Source: Gnetum montanum
Lineage: Eukaryota > Plantae > Gnetophyta
Assembly (NCBI GenBank): GCA_015680685.1
Contig: MNCI01000751.1
Span: 369,893-419,747, forward strand
Direction of reading: 5' to 3'
DNA: 49,855 nucleotides
Notes under the pieces: generated by a model
What the model was told of the DNA's origin: nothing
Databases searched by the model: none
Seen by the model: only the letters and a program-made list of their open reading frames with translations
In this document: positions 11,160 to 21,983 of the stretch, one piece after another
Numbering within the stretch: the first letter of the stretch is position 1
How the letters are laid out: every line of letters begins with the position of its first letter
Translations under genes and position numbers: made by a program

Positions 11160-12077
11160 TTTTTTTTTTTGAGAGAATGTTCGGGAATGTATTACTGAAA
11201 GAATGGTACATGAGTATACAAGTACAAGCGGGGGTGGCCCACCCCGAAGAGGGGGGGGATCCCCGAAAACCCACAAAAGATCAAGAGAAAAAACTCGACC
11301 AACCCCCAGCATGGCGGCTGAACCACAGAGCCGTACAGATGTCCAAAACCCCCCAACATGGGGGGGGTGCACCCCCAACGTGGGGGGGGGGGGCGCACCC
11401 ACAACGCAAAAGCAAGGGGGAGGACAAGAGGGGGGGGTGCACCCCCAACAGGGGGGGGGGCACGACCCCACACACAAACAGAAATGATGAGCCCAACAGA
11501 GAACAGGGGGGGAGGTGCTAGGGGCGGGTCGGCAGCTGGTGACAGGCACACCAAGGAAACTCCAACTCATGGAGCAGGTCCAGGGTGGCATGGTGGTCCT
11601 CGGTGTCCATGAAGTTAGCGGCCTGTTGAAACCCCTGTAGAAGAGCCTCGCACCTACGCCGGTCCGCCAAGGAATCCCCCGCATCCGGGTGGAATCTAGT
11701 GGACGTGCACCGGATGTGCCGTCTAAGCTCCCCCCAGGAGCTCTCACAGCTAATTCCAAGGAAGCTATACGGGCAGCGCCCCCCCCCCCTGAGCCACTGG
11801 CAGGCGCTGTGTTGATGCGCCCGGTCGAGTTGCCATTGCCGTTGCACCTCTTCCTCCTGCAGGCATTCTTGCTCCTCCCGGGCCACTGCCTCCTAGGCCT
11901 GCCGCTCCACCTCCTCCTGACGCAGTTCCTCCCTGATCCGGTCCCGGAGCTCATCCNAGTTGCCGTTGCCGTTGCACCTCTTCCTCCTACAGGCGTTCCT
12001 GCTCCTCCCGGGCCGCCGCCTCCTGGGCCTGCCGNGTCGGCGCGCCACTTGGCCAGGGCCTTGGTCCACCGACTCTC
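11160..12077 (-). mobile_element. Poly(A)-tailed, 5'-truncated, GC-rich non-LTR retroposon
   Basis: T11 run at 11160-11170. Minus-strand 3' end TTGTATACTCATGTACC..AATACATT..TCTC(A)n resembles plant L1 tails. Abrupt GC/CpG-rich composition, inserted precisely within an LTR. Internal single-N joins at 11957 and 12035. Confidence 0.8.
11518..11956 (-). pseudogene. Coiled-coil plus C-terminal DnaJ-type J-domain ORF (one CAG>TAG stop at 11893-11895, 5'-incomplete)
   Basis: PYSFLGISCESSWGELRRHIRCTSTRFHPDAGDSLADRRRCEALLQGFQQAANFMDTEDHHATLD (~11578-11772) shows YxxLG, HPD (11683-11691) 26 residues after the Tyr as in canonical J-domains, and a helix III/IV pattern. Upstream E/Q/R-rich helix. Confidence 0.75.
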
Positions 12078-12659
12078 TGGTAAATATTATTTATGCACTA
12101 AATTCAAAGGGAAGGAGAACAAAGAAAAAAATTTTATTGATGTGAATGGTACACTGTAATGCCCTCTACGTTATCTTCCCATGACACTTAAGGCCTTAGA
12201 GGCAATCTAGCATTTGCACCATGGTTAGGATATCTAGCTAAAGGGATGATCAATCCCTTCTTGTTCTACTTCACCTAGCTCTCATTACTTGCCAATCTTG
12301 GCTCTACAACTCCATGCTAGCAGGACCTTTAAGCCCAATCTTAAATCGCACAAGTTAAACCCATTCCCAAGGGGTACTATGAATAGTCATAACTCCTCAT
12401 AACAAGATATCCCTTCTTTGGAAGGTTAGCTACATTGTTATAGTACTATTCTACCCTTAACAAAGGACAAGACATTATAATCTAACCCCATTAAACATCC
12501 AGCTCATCCTTGAGCACTTCCTCTATGTCCAGCTACTCAACTACTGCTTCCTCATCATGCTCCTCATTTTCCATTTCATTATTGTCTTCATTATCATTTG
12601 TACAAATAGATTACTATAAATCATTAAATATAATTTATTACTTTAGTAATAGATACAAN

Positions 12660-13184
12660 ACTCCTCCCTGATCCGGTCCTGGAGCTCATCCATGAGCTGG
12701 GCTCGCAAGGTCTCCATTGTGAGCGTATGCTGCCTGTTCAGCTGTTGTGCTTGTTCCTGAAGCTGGGCATCGTGGTCGGCGCGCCACTTGGCCAGGGCCT
12801 CGGTCCACCAACTCTCCGAAGACCGTTGCTCGGCCTCTTGAGCCGCATTTTATTGACATTGTCATTGTTATTTTTCCGATCTTTCTTGTTTCTCATATTT
12901 TTTCATCTTATAGCTACTGGAGGTTCACTCTTAGTTATGGGGGCTCTGGCACAAATTTTTCAATTTTCTCCATTTTACTATTCGCCTAACCCCTACAACT
13001 TGGGTAGTCACCTGTGATAAATCTCTAAACTAGTTTCTACCATAACCACAACTCAGCTAATGCGCTTCATATCGAGGGAAGGTATTAACTACATTGTGGT
13101 TTATCTATCCTTACTCATTTGTGAGTATGTTGTGTGTGCAGATGGCGATCATACAAACAATGGACTGGACTTGGAGGAAGCACT
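12660..13184 (-). other. Probably misplaced contig: another copy of the J-domain retroposon (12661-12846) with its own AT-rich flank
   Basis: Bounded by single Ns (12659, 13185) and by an exact 66-bp duplication (12593-12658 = 13186-13251). Overlaps 11930-11956 and 12036-12077 with substitutions. Confidence 0.75.
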
Positions 13185-13255
13185 NATCATTTGTACAAAT
13201 AGATTACTATAAATCATTAAATATAATTTATTACTTTAGTAATAGATACAATTTA

Positions 13256-16200
13256 TTATTCAATATTATGATGATCAAAAAGTTGAGGGTAAGTGTTGAG
13301 AATGAACTCCCTATTTTCCCAAGTCTGTTGATTACAATTTGACCATTGGACAAGTACTTTACTAATGATTGTACTACAAAGCCTCTTAGTTCTATGATTC
13401 TTGATCGCAATTGGTTTGACCTCAAAGTTGGCATTTGAACTTAGAGGCAAGGTATTCCAATCTAGCACATAACACACATCATTTTCATGAAATTTATTTA
13501 GCAAACTTGCATGGAAGATTGGGTGAATTCTTAAGGCTGTTGGGAGATTTAATCAATATGCTACTTCACCAATTCTTTTTGAGATTTCAAAGAGTCCACA
13601 ATATCTTGGGGCCAACTTAGTATATTTTCCTAGCTTAAGGAAACTCCTAATGGATTTTATTCTTAGTAGTACTTGGTCTCCTACTTGAAATTCCTTCTTA
13701 AGTCGATGTTGGTTCATATATCCCTTATATTTATCTTCAATAACTTGCAAATTTTGTTTAACCCTTGTAACAATAATTTCTATTATTTTCATTTATTCTT
13801 CCTTCTATTCCACTCTTAATTTTGGATCTACCTAAGTTAGTGGTGTATGAAAATTATGTCCATATACAACTTTGAATGGTGTTCGATGTATGGACCCTTG
13901 ATAATTATTATTTAAGGAAAATTTGGCTAGATGCAAGTAATTCTCCCATGTCTTTGGTCTACTTCCAACTAACTTTGTAGAATGTCTTCTAGTATTTGGT
14001 TCACACATTTTATTTGCCCATCTATCTCAAGGTGGTAAGCTATGCTAAAGTTCAATTGGGTTCCAAGTTCCTCAAAGAAGTTTTGCCAAAATTTAGATAT
14101 GAACTTAGGATCTCTATCCAAGGTGATTGATTTTGGACATCCATGTAAATAAAATACTTCTTGTAAAAATTGATGGGCTACTTCTTCAGTTGTGTTTGTA
14201 GACTTCAAGGCTATAAAATGTGCCATCTTTGATAAGCGATCAACCACTACCAAAAATGAGTCATTTCCTTGTTTGGTTACTAGCAATCCCATAATGAAAT
14301 CCATGGTAACATCTTCCCATTTCCAGGTTGGAACTTCCAAAGCCTGTAGTAATTCACTTGGTTTCTTTTATCTAGCTTTTATTCTTTAGTAGGTTGGACA
14401 ATTTTTAATGTATGTGGATACATCCTTCTTCATTCCAGCTAGAAATAAGATTTACATATCATCATCTAAGTTTTGACATAACCTGGATGGCCAATTTATG
14501 GTACTTCATGAGCCTCAAACAATAGCTTAAGTCTTCAACTTCTTTTTGGTATACATACCCTTTGTCCTTTCATCAATATATCATTGGGGGAAACTTGGAA
14601 ATGAGGCTTAGAGGAAATATTGGTTAGGATCTTCTTGAAGTAAGGATCTTCTTTTATTTTTTTTCCTTAATTTCTTCTTCCATAGGGGTTGTCACAATGC
14701 CAATCATCAAGTTTCATATTTGACTAAGAGCATTGTCCACTACATTTTATTTTCTTGCAATATATTTAATCTCAAAATCATATTCAGCTAATAATTCCAT
14801 CCATTACCGTTGTCAGGTATTCAAAATAGGTTATCTCTATAAGTATTCTAAACATTTATGATCTATTTTTAGTACAAATCTTTTCCATAGAGATATTGCC
14901 TCCAAACTTTCAAAGCATGAATGATTGCCAGTAATTCTAAATCATGGGTTGAGTAATTTACCTTGGCTTCCTATAATATATGAGATTCAAAACATACCAC
15001 TTAATCTTTTGATAAAATAATTGCACCAATTCCTACTCCACATGCATTTGTCAATACTTCAAATTGTATTTCTTCATCTGGAATTCTCATAATAGGTGTT
15101 GATATGAGAAGCATGTTTAATCTAAGGAAATCTTCCTTGAATTTTTCATCAAACTTAAACACACATTTTTCCTATAAAATGTTAGTCAAGGGACTACCAA
15201 AGTAGAATAATCTTTAATAAAATGTTAGTTAAGACCTATTAATTTCAAGAAACTGCAAACCACTCTATCATCTTTTAGTTCTAGTCAATCTTGAACTACA
15301 CTAACTTTCATTGGGCCTACTTGTAATTATTTCATAGATACTATATGGTCCAAGTATGAAACTTCTTCATTGAAGAGTTTACATTTACTTATTTTTTCTT
15401 TCAACTAATGTTCCTTAACAACATCCATTGTAATTTTTAAATGTTTAACATGTTCTTCTCTTAACTTAGATAAACAAGTATATCATCCATATGTACGTTA
15501 AAAAATTGATTAAGGTAATTTTGAAAGATATTATTTATTAATGCCATGAAATTTTTAGGTGCATTGGTTAATCCAAATGGAATCACCACAAACTCATATA
15601 ATCCATACATAGTTTTGAATGCAATTTTTCCAATGTCTTTTTCCTTAATCCTTATTTGGTGATAACCTGATTTTAAATTGATCTTTTAAAATTAGCATGC
15701 TTCCATAAGTTGATCAAACAAGTCATCAATCCTAGGTAAGGGATAGGTGTTTTTAATTGTTACTTTAATCAATGCCCTATAATTGATGCAAAATCTTAAT
15801 GTACCATCTTTATTTTTGACAAATAAGACTAGTGCACCCCAAGGTGAGATACTAGGTTGAATCTTTTCATCTTCCAAAAGTTGGTCTAATTGTACTTTCA
15901 ATTCTCTTAATTTAGAGGTGGAAAACCTATAAGGGGATTTTGAAATTGGTTGTGTACCAAGAAAAATGTCAATAGCATCTCCAATAGTTCTTTTTGGAGG
16001 TAATTCCCTAGTTTCACCAAATACTAAATCTTTATATTCTTCAAGTTCTTTTGGAATCTCAATATAAGAAGATCTTTGAGGTTGAGTTACTTTTACTACC
16101 AACATAGTAGCATCATTTTTTACTAATCTCTTAGATTTCTTAATGGTTATCATGTGAATTTTCTTTATAGTTACTAACCCCCTTAGAACCCTTACTTTTG

Positions 16201-16507
16201 GAACACAAGTTTCAAAGTGGAAAGTAATATTGAATTTTTATAGAAAAAAAATTTCTAAGACTATATCAACATCACCTAATTTAAATTTAAAAAATTCATC
16301 AATGAAAGGCATGTCTTTCAAGGTAAAGATAATTTCTCCATACTTGATATGCTTGCTCACAATTGTTCCATCTGCAAAGTCTATTCCAACAGCTTTAATG
16401 GAAGGTAAACTTGATTTTAATAACTTAATTAAAGTTGGTGAAATAAAATTATCACTTGATCCACTATCAATAAAAAATTTAATTATTTCCCTTAATTGAT
16501 CCTTCAA
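13256..16507 (-). pseudogene. pol: Decayed pol of element B (protease, RT, RNase H, integrase, chromodomain)
   Basis: PR FFIDSGSSDNFIS; [41 protein letters not shown]; INT WEDVTMDFIMGL..VVVDRLSKMAHFI..DRDPKF; LAPRYCGLFEI; chromodomain VKPIAIKNHRTKRL..KVLVQWSN..TWE..YPQLF (13256-13430). Confidence 0.95.
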
Positions 16508-16599
16508 AAATTAATAAAGCAAATTGAAATTTTCTTAAACTTGACTTAGCTAAAGTTGAAATCTTCTTCATGGATGTCATGGTGGTTTGGAATTTTCCT

Positions 16600-17712
16600 T
16601 TGGCCATGTTTGGGTTTGGTTTTTGATTTCTAATTTGATTATTTCTTAGTATTTTTGCTTGTAATTTTTGGTGATCTCATTTGAAATGATCATTGCTATA
16701 AGTAAAACATCCTGATTGGCTTCTCTTGATGGGTGTTTCATCTCTCATTGCTTGTCAAAGGGTAGTTCATATTTGATTTAATTCTGCATAATCCTTAGCA
16801 ATTCTATAGGATTTATCAACTATTTGAGGATTTTGTGCATGTGTTTGGGGATGTATTTGTGCATGCAATCCACAAATAAAATTTTAATCTAATTCTCTCT
16901 CATCCTAGTAGCTTACATACTGAGAGAGATCATAGAATTCCTTGTAGTAATCTTCCACAAATCATCTTCCTAATATTAAGAAATTAAGAGGAAGGAATCT
17001 GGTACAAATTTTTGTTCAAAATTTTGATAGAAGTCAAACCAATTTGTAATAAAGCCTTGATATCTCAATCCATTCCACCATGTTGTAGAAAGTCCTCTCA
17101 AATACAAGGAGATCACTTCTAATCATTCTTGGCTTGATAAATTCAGCATATCAAAGTAATTATTCATGGTATCAAGCTAGTCTTTTGCCTTGACACTAGA
17201 TTTTGGTGCTCCATCATAATGGTTTAGCTTTACCTTTTTGGCATGAACTTGAATTAGTGATTCTCTTTGTGCATTTTTCCAATTCCAATAACTATCATCC
17301 TCAGGTTTCATTCTTTGGCCTAGTGAACATATATCAACATCATAGCATCCAATAGGTGGAGAATGGTTTTGAAGTGAATTCCTAGGGAAAATTTGATCTT
17401 GATTTTGGTCTATGTAATTAGGGGATTGATCTTCATGTTGGTCCCTAGGTAAAAATTGATTTACATTAGAAGGCTGGGTCAGGTGATTAGTTAATTGTTT
17501 AATGGAGTCTACAAAGGAATCCATCTTTCCTTGTACTTCCAACCATTTACGTTCTAAACTTTGGGACAATTTTCTAATTTTTTAAGACATGTGCTACATC
17601 TCTATCCTAAACCCTTGGTTTGACTGATGAAGCTCCTCTTGGATATCTTTGATTTCATTAATTTGTTGCTTAAGGGCATTCATTTAATTATTAACTTGAT
17701 ATTCCATCATTC
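16600..17712 (-). pseudogene. gag: Decayed gag of element B
   Basis: KLNHYDGAPKSSVKAKD*LDTMNNYFDML..LYLRGLSTTWW (Retrotrans_gag-like), preceded by a coiled-coil N-terminus and lying directly upstream of the protease. Confidence 0.8.
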
Positions 17713-18044
17713 TCCAATATATTCTTTGGCTCTGAACATTGGTAGGTTGAAGAAATCAGGCACGTTGGTGATTCCTTGCCCTCTATGGCCCTATTTATGT
17801 GTCTACAGATAGTTAATCAGTTCCATAAAGAGATTAGAACTATCATAATGACTTCTTTTTTTTCTTCTTGAACTACTAATCGACCATAGAACTTTAATTG
17901 TTCATAGAAGTATTTACTTTTTTAGGTTTCAAGACCTAAAATTATGGCTTGAAAAATCAATTTTTTATTGTCCATAAGCTAAATTTGACCATTTAATAGT
18001 GTCCAAAAGGTTCAACTCTATTGAAAACAGTTTTTGTTTAGTTG

Positions 18045-18146
18045 AAAATGGACTCTAGAGTCACAATTTATTATCATTAAAATGGACTCCAGAGTCATAA
18101 TTTATGGTTGTTAAAATGGACTGTGGAGTCACAATTTATGACCATT
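18045..18146. repeat. 3 x 34-bp tandem repeat with palindromic core GACTCTAGAGTC
   Basis: AAAATGGACT(C/G)(T/C)(A/G)GAGTCA(C/T)AATTTAT starting at 18045, 18079 and 18113. Confidence 0.9.
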
Positions 18147-18162
18147 TTAAGTTTGAATGCAG

Positions 18163-21100
18163 AGGTTAGGGAAGTACAAAATGATGTAAAGGAATTACAT
18201 CAAATATGGGTTCCTAAGAAAAAGATAGAAAAATCAAATGAAAAGAAAAAACCACAAACAAAGACGCTAGATCTAGAAGGTCTTTACATAGATTCACCAC
18301 CGGTCACTCCTCCTAAAGGAAAAAAGAAATGAAAACAATGGGTACAAAGGAGAAGACCAGTACACATAATTCCAAAGTCAGAAAAAGGGAAAACAGAAGA
18401 AGAAATTAACGCAAATGAGGAAGATAATGAAACGCTCTACATAGGTAGTGAAGGATCTTTAGATGACGAAGAGAAAAAATTGTTGACAAAATAGGGTCTA
18501 ATCTTTCAAGATCCAAAAGATTTAATAGCAATGCAGATAAGAAGAACCTCAAAAAAACCACCACCATACTTCAGTATGGATAACAAATCAATTAGGGAAA
18601 GGCAAAAAGAAATTGATAAAATTAGTGGATTTATCTCTAGATAGATTATCTTAGAAAAGAAAATGTATGAACATGTCATACTCAATGCCACGTTAAACTT
18701 TGAAGGTATGTTAAAACAATGGTGGAGTTTCATAGAAGCTCCCGTACGTAAAAAATTGTTAAATAATCCTCATGTTATTTTCTTAAGTACAATTACTAAG
18801 AAATTTTTAGGTAACAAAGCCGATAGAGATAGTGCTTATAGAACTTTATTTTATAGTTCAAGATTACACAAAATTTAGGACATGTCTCCATTCCTTAATA
18901 TTATGGAAGAATGGTACTATTATGGTAAACTCATACATGACATAGGTGCAAAATAACATCTGCTAGGATGTCTTCCTACACCATTTGCAAACTACTATTG
19001 AACTCAAATCCAAAATAAAGAAAAAGATCTCAAGAAAATGAGTTTTAGCGCCATTTTTTAGTTCCTAGAAAAAGTCACAAGGGATCTGTGTATCCAACAA
19101 AAAACACAGAAATTAGTAGGATCTCTTACTAAACAAATAGGTAGAGATTTATGTTTATAAATGTGTCCAAAGGATAACTTTTCACAATTAATTAAAAATA
19201 GGAAAATACAAAATGACCCATGCGAATGCAAACCACCACAACATTCATCATGTAGGTATTCCAAACCTAAGAAAATGTGGAAAAAGAAGTTTCAAACAAA
19301 GATAAAATGCAAAAATTGGCCACAAAAGCCTTTTAAAGGAATGTTTAAAAGAAAACAAGGGCCATATAAATCTAAATAAGTTAGATGTTTTATCTGTTTA
19401 GGAAAACACTATTCCAGTCAGAGTCTGAAGAAAAACGATCATCCACATAAAGTAAATTTTATTGAAACCATGAAAATTACTGAGGATGATTTCTTCTTAA
19501 CATACGACTCTAACTTATCTTTTTTAAATGGGGATATTTATCTTGAGTCATCAGATCAATACTCTAGCAAAGTGGAATTTGAAGATATTCCATCATACCA
19601 TAATGAACCAGGAGTAGTTGATTATGATACTGATTCTTCAGGTTACATGTACGATGTTTATATGAATGAAGGATCAGATAGTGATGATCTTTATGAATGA
19701 GATCCAACTTATTCCCTATTAAAAAGCCAACTTAGACAATTAGAGAAACAATGGCAAAAGGTTTCTCTAGAAGACTTACACAAGTTTAGGGCCTATAGAC
19801 AAAAAGTAAAACTAAAGAAAAATGAAATAGAGGCTCATAAACAAATGATTGAAGAATCAATAGGATTATACCAAGATTCTCAAAACCCTAATGAAGAAGA
19901 TTTTATAGAGGAAAATCAAAATTTTAGAGAAACACAGGAAGTTCCTCCTAATGTTCAAACATCTATGTGGCGACAGTTTCAGATAAAACAACTTAAAAAA
20001 TATCTCCAACAAGCCACAAAGGAATTAGAATGGTTAGAACAACAAGAAGAAAATTGGCAGCAACAAGAATATGAAAAGAAACCAAACAGGTAACTGTCAT
20101 TTTAGAAGTTAACTGTAATGATTCAAGACCCATCTTACCTGCATGTTCCTTTACAATATCATGGCCTAAATATCATAGATATCAAATAGACAGTTTGTTT
20201 GATACAGGAGCAGAAGTATCCCTTGCTAGAGAAGAAATGATACACTCTGTTTTTGGGAAGAAAAAGAACCATCTGACATTTCTTTCAACACCCAAAAAAG
20301 ACTCCTGACCAAATATGCTGAACTCCCTATATTAATGCAAGATAATAAGATAGTATATTTTAAGGTTTACCAATTTCCTTTACCATCGTATGATTGTTTA
20401 ATAGGTTTTGATAATTTACAAAATTATGACATAGCAATTTCAAAACAATTTATCCGCTTAGATAATTATAGTTTTCCTATGTAAATGCTAGACAAAAATT
20501 TAAACACCAAAAAATCCCAAAAAGAAATTCTAAGAGAGAAACATGGATTTTTAATCAAATTGAAATACACCAACCAAGTTTTGAGGAGATCAAAACACAA
20601 CTTTTACAATTTTCTCATGATGATCCTACAATATTTCGACATTAAAAAGAACATTGGTGTTAGATTGATTTGCAAGATGGAGTAAAAGTAAAAGCTACAG
20701 CTCAACACATAGGGATGTCTCCGAGTCTTAGAAAAGAATGCGAGTCAAAAATTCAAGAATATTTACAAAGATAATTAATCATACCAAGCACTAGCATGTT
20801 TTCCTGTGCTGCTTTCTTTGTAACTAAACGAGCTGAATTAGTCAAGGGTAAAAAGTGTTTAGTAGTAAATTATAAACCTTTGAATGACATAATTAAATCT
20901 GTCCAACATCCGATTCCCAATAAAGATGATTTATTTCAATGACTGCCACATACTAATATCTATTCCAAGTTTGATTTGAAATCAGGTTTCTGGTAGATCC
21001 AAGTCCATGAATCAGATCGTTGGAAAACCGCATTCACAGTCCTAGGAGGACTCTTCGAATGGAACATTTTACCATTCGATATAAAAACAACTCCATCAAT

Positions 21101-21983
21101 TTTCCAGAAAATGATGGATTCTATCTATCATTCCTATCCATTTATTTTAGCATATATAGATGATATATTAATTCTTAGCAAATCTGTTAAAGAACATATA
21201 GAACATTTAAAAATATTTGCTGACTTAGTAGATACAAATGGTCTTGTCCTTTCACCCACAAAAATGAAGATAGGACAACCTCATATAGAGTTTTTAGGAT
21301 TAGAAATTTCTGCAAGTATTATTCAGCTGCAACCTCATATTATATAGAGTATAATTAAATTTTCATATGTATTGGAAAATAAATTACAAATCCAATGTTT
21401 CCTAGGTTGTATAAATTATGTGTCTGGTTTCTTTAAAGACATTGCCCAAGAACGCGATGTTCTTAATCAGTTATTACAAAAACATTCTCCACCATGGAAT
21501 AATTGTTGCACTGAGGCTGTTAAAAAAATTAAACAGGTTTGTCAAAATCTGCCTCCATTATTTCTCCTAGGAGAAGGTAAATTTATTTTCGAAATAGATG
21601 CCTCTGAAATGTTTTGGGGAGCCACACTGAAACAAGAATAAAACCATACGGTTAGAATATGTAGGTATGCTTCAGGAAAATTTAACCAAGCCCAACAAAA
21701 ATATCATAGTTCTCATAAAGAACTACTTGCTATAATTAAAGGCATTGAAAAATTTCGGTTATTCTTACAACCACAAAAATTCATTGTAAGAAGTTATTTA
21801 AAGCATTTTGACAAGTACCTATAGTCCAAAAATCTTGCTAAGGTGGCTCATACACAGCTTATTCATTGGAGTTTGTTTTTAGCTAACTTTGAATTTGATA
21901 GTGAATATTTAGAAGGAAATAAAAATTGTTTAGTTGATCTCCTAACTAGGAAATTCAAGTTCCCTAGTCCTACTAATGTTTAA
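18163..21983 (+). pseudogene. Caulimovirid polyprotein ORF1 (coat protein, aspartic protease, RT, RNase H) with scattered stops and frameshifts
   Basis: CP FEGMLKQWW..ITKKFLG; knuckle RCFICLGKHYSSQS (19386-19424); LFDTGAEVS (20201); VVNYKPLND..YSKFDLKSGFW*IQV..WKTAFTV..FEWNILPF..PSIFQKMMD..YIDDILI (21153); RH IDASEMFWGATL..ICRYASGKFN..YHSSHKELLAI..GNKNCLVDLLTR; stop at 21981-21983. Confidence 0.92.

Larger units (their letters stand above)
11074..12479 (-). repeat. 3' LTR of element B, split by a retroposon (LTR parts 11074-11161 and 12078-12479)
   Basis: 88 + 402 bp plus the 8 missing bases (GAATAACT) equals 498 bp, the length of the intact partner LTR. Confidence 0.92.

Noticed and set aside
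11121-12159. Pro/Gly-rich ORFs (277 aa minus, 156 aa plus and others) overlapping the GC-rich insert
   Set aside because: Shadow frames of G/C runs and of the J-domain ORF; one crosses N joins and others run into the LTR.
12593-13251. 66-bp direct repeat as a giant target-site duplication
   Set aside because: The copies are identical in otherwise decayed DNA and each abuts a single N, which is typical of contig overlap in scaffolding.
18045-18146. CRISPR-like array (palindromic repeats)
   Set aside because: Only three head-to-tail units, no unique spacers, no cas genes, eukaryotic context.
18163-21983. A second gypsy retrotransposon pol
   Set aside because: No integrase after RNase H, no LTRs of its own, and the RT/RH motifs are caulimovirid-type.
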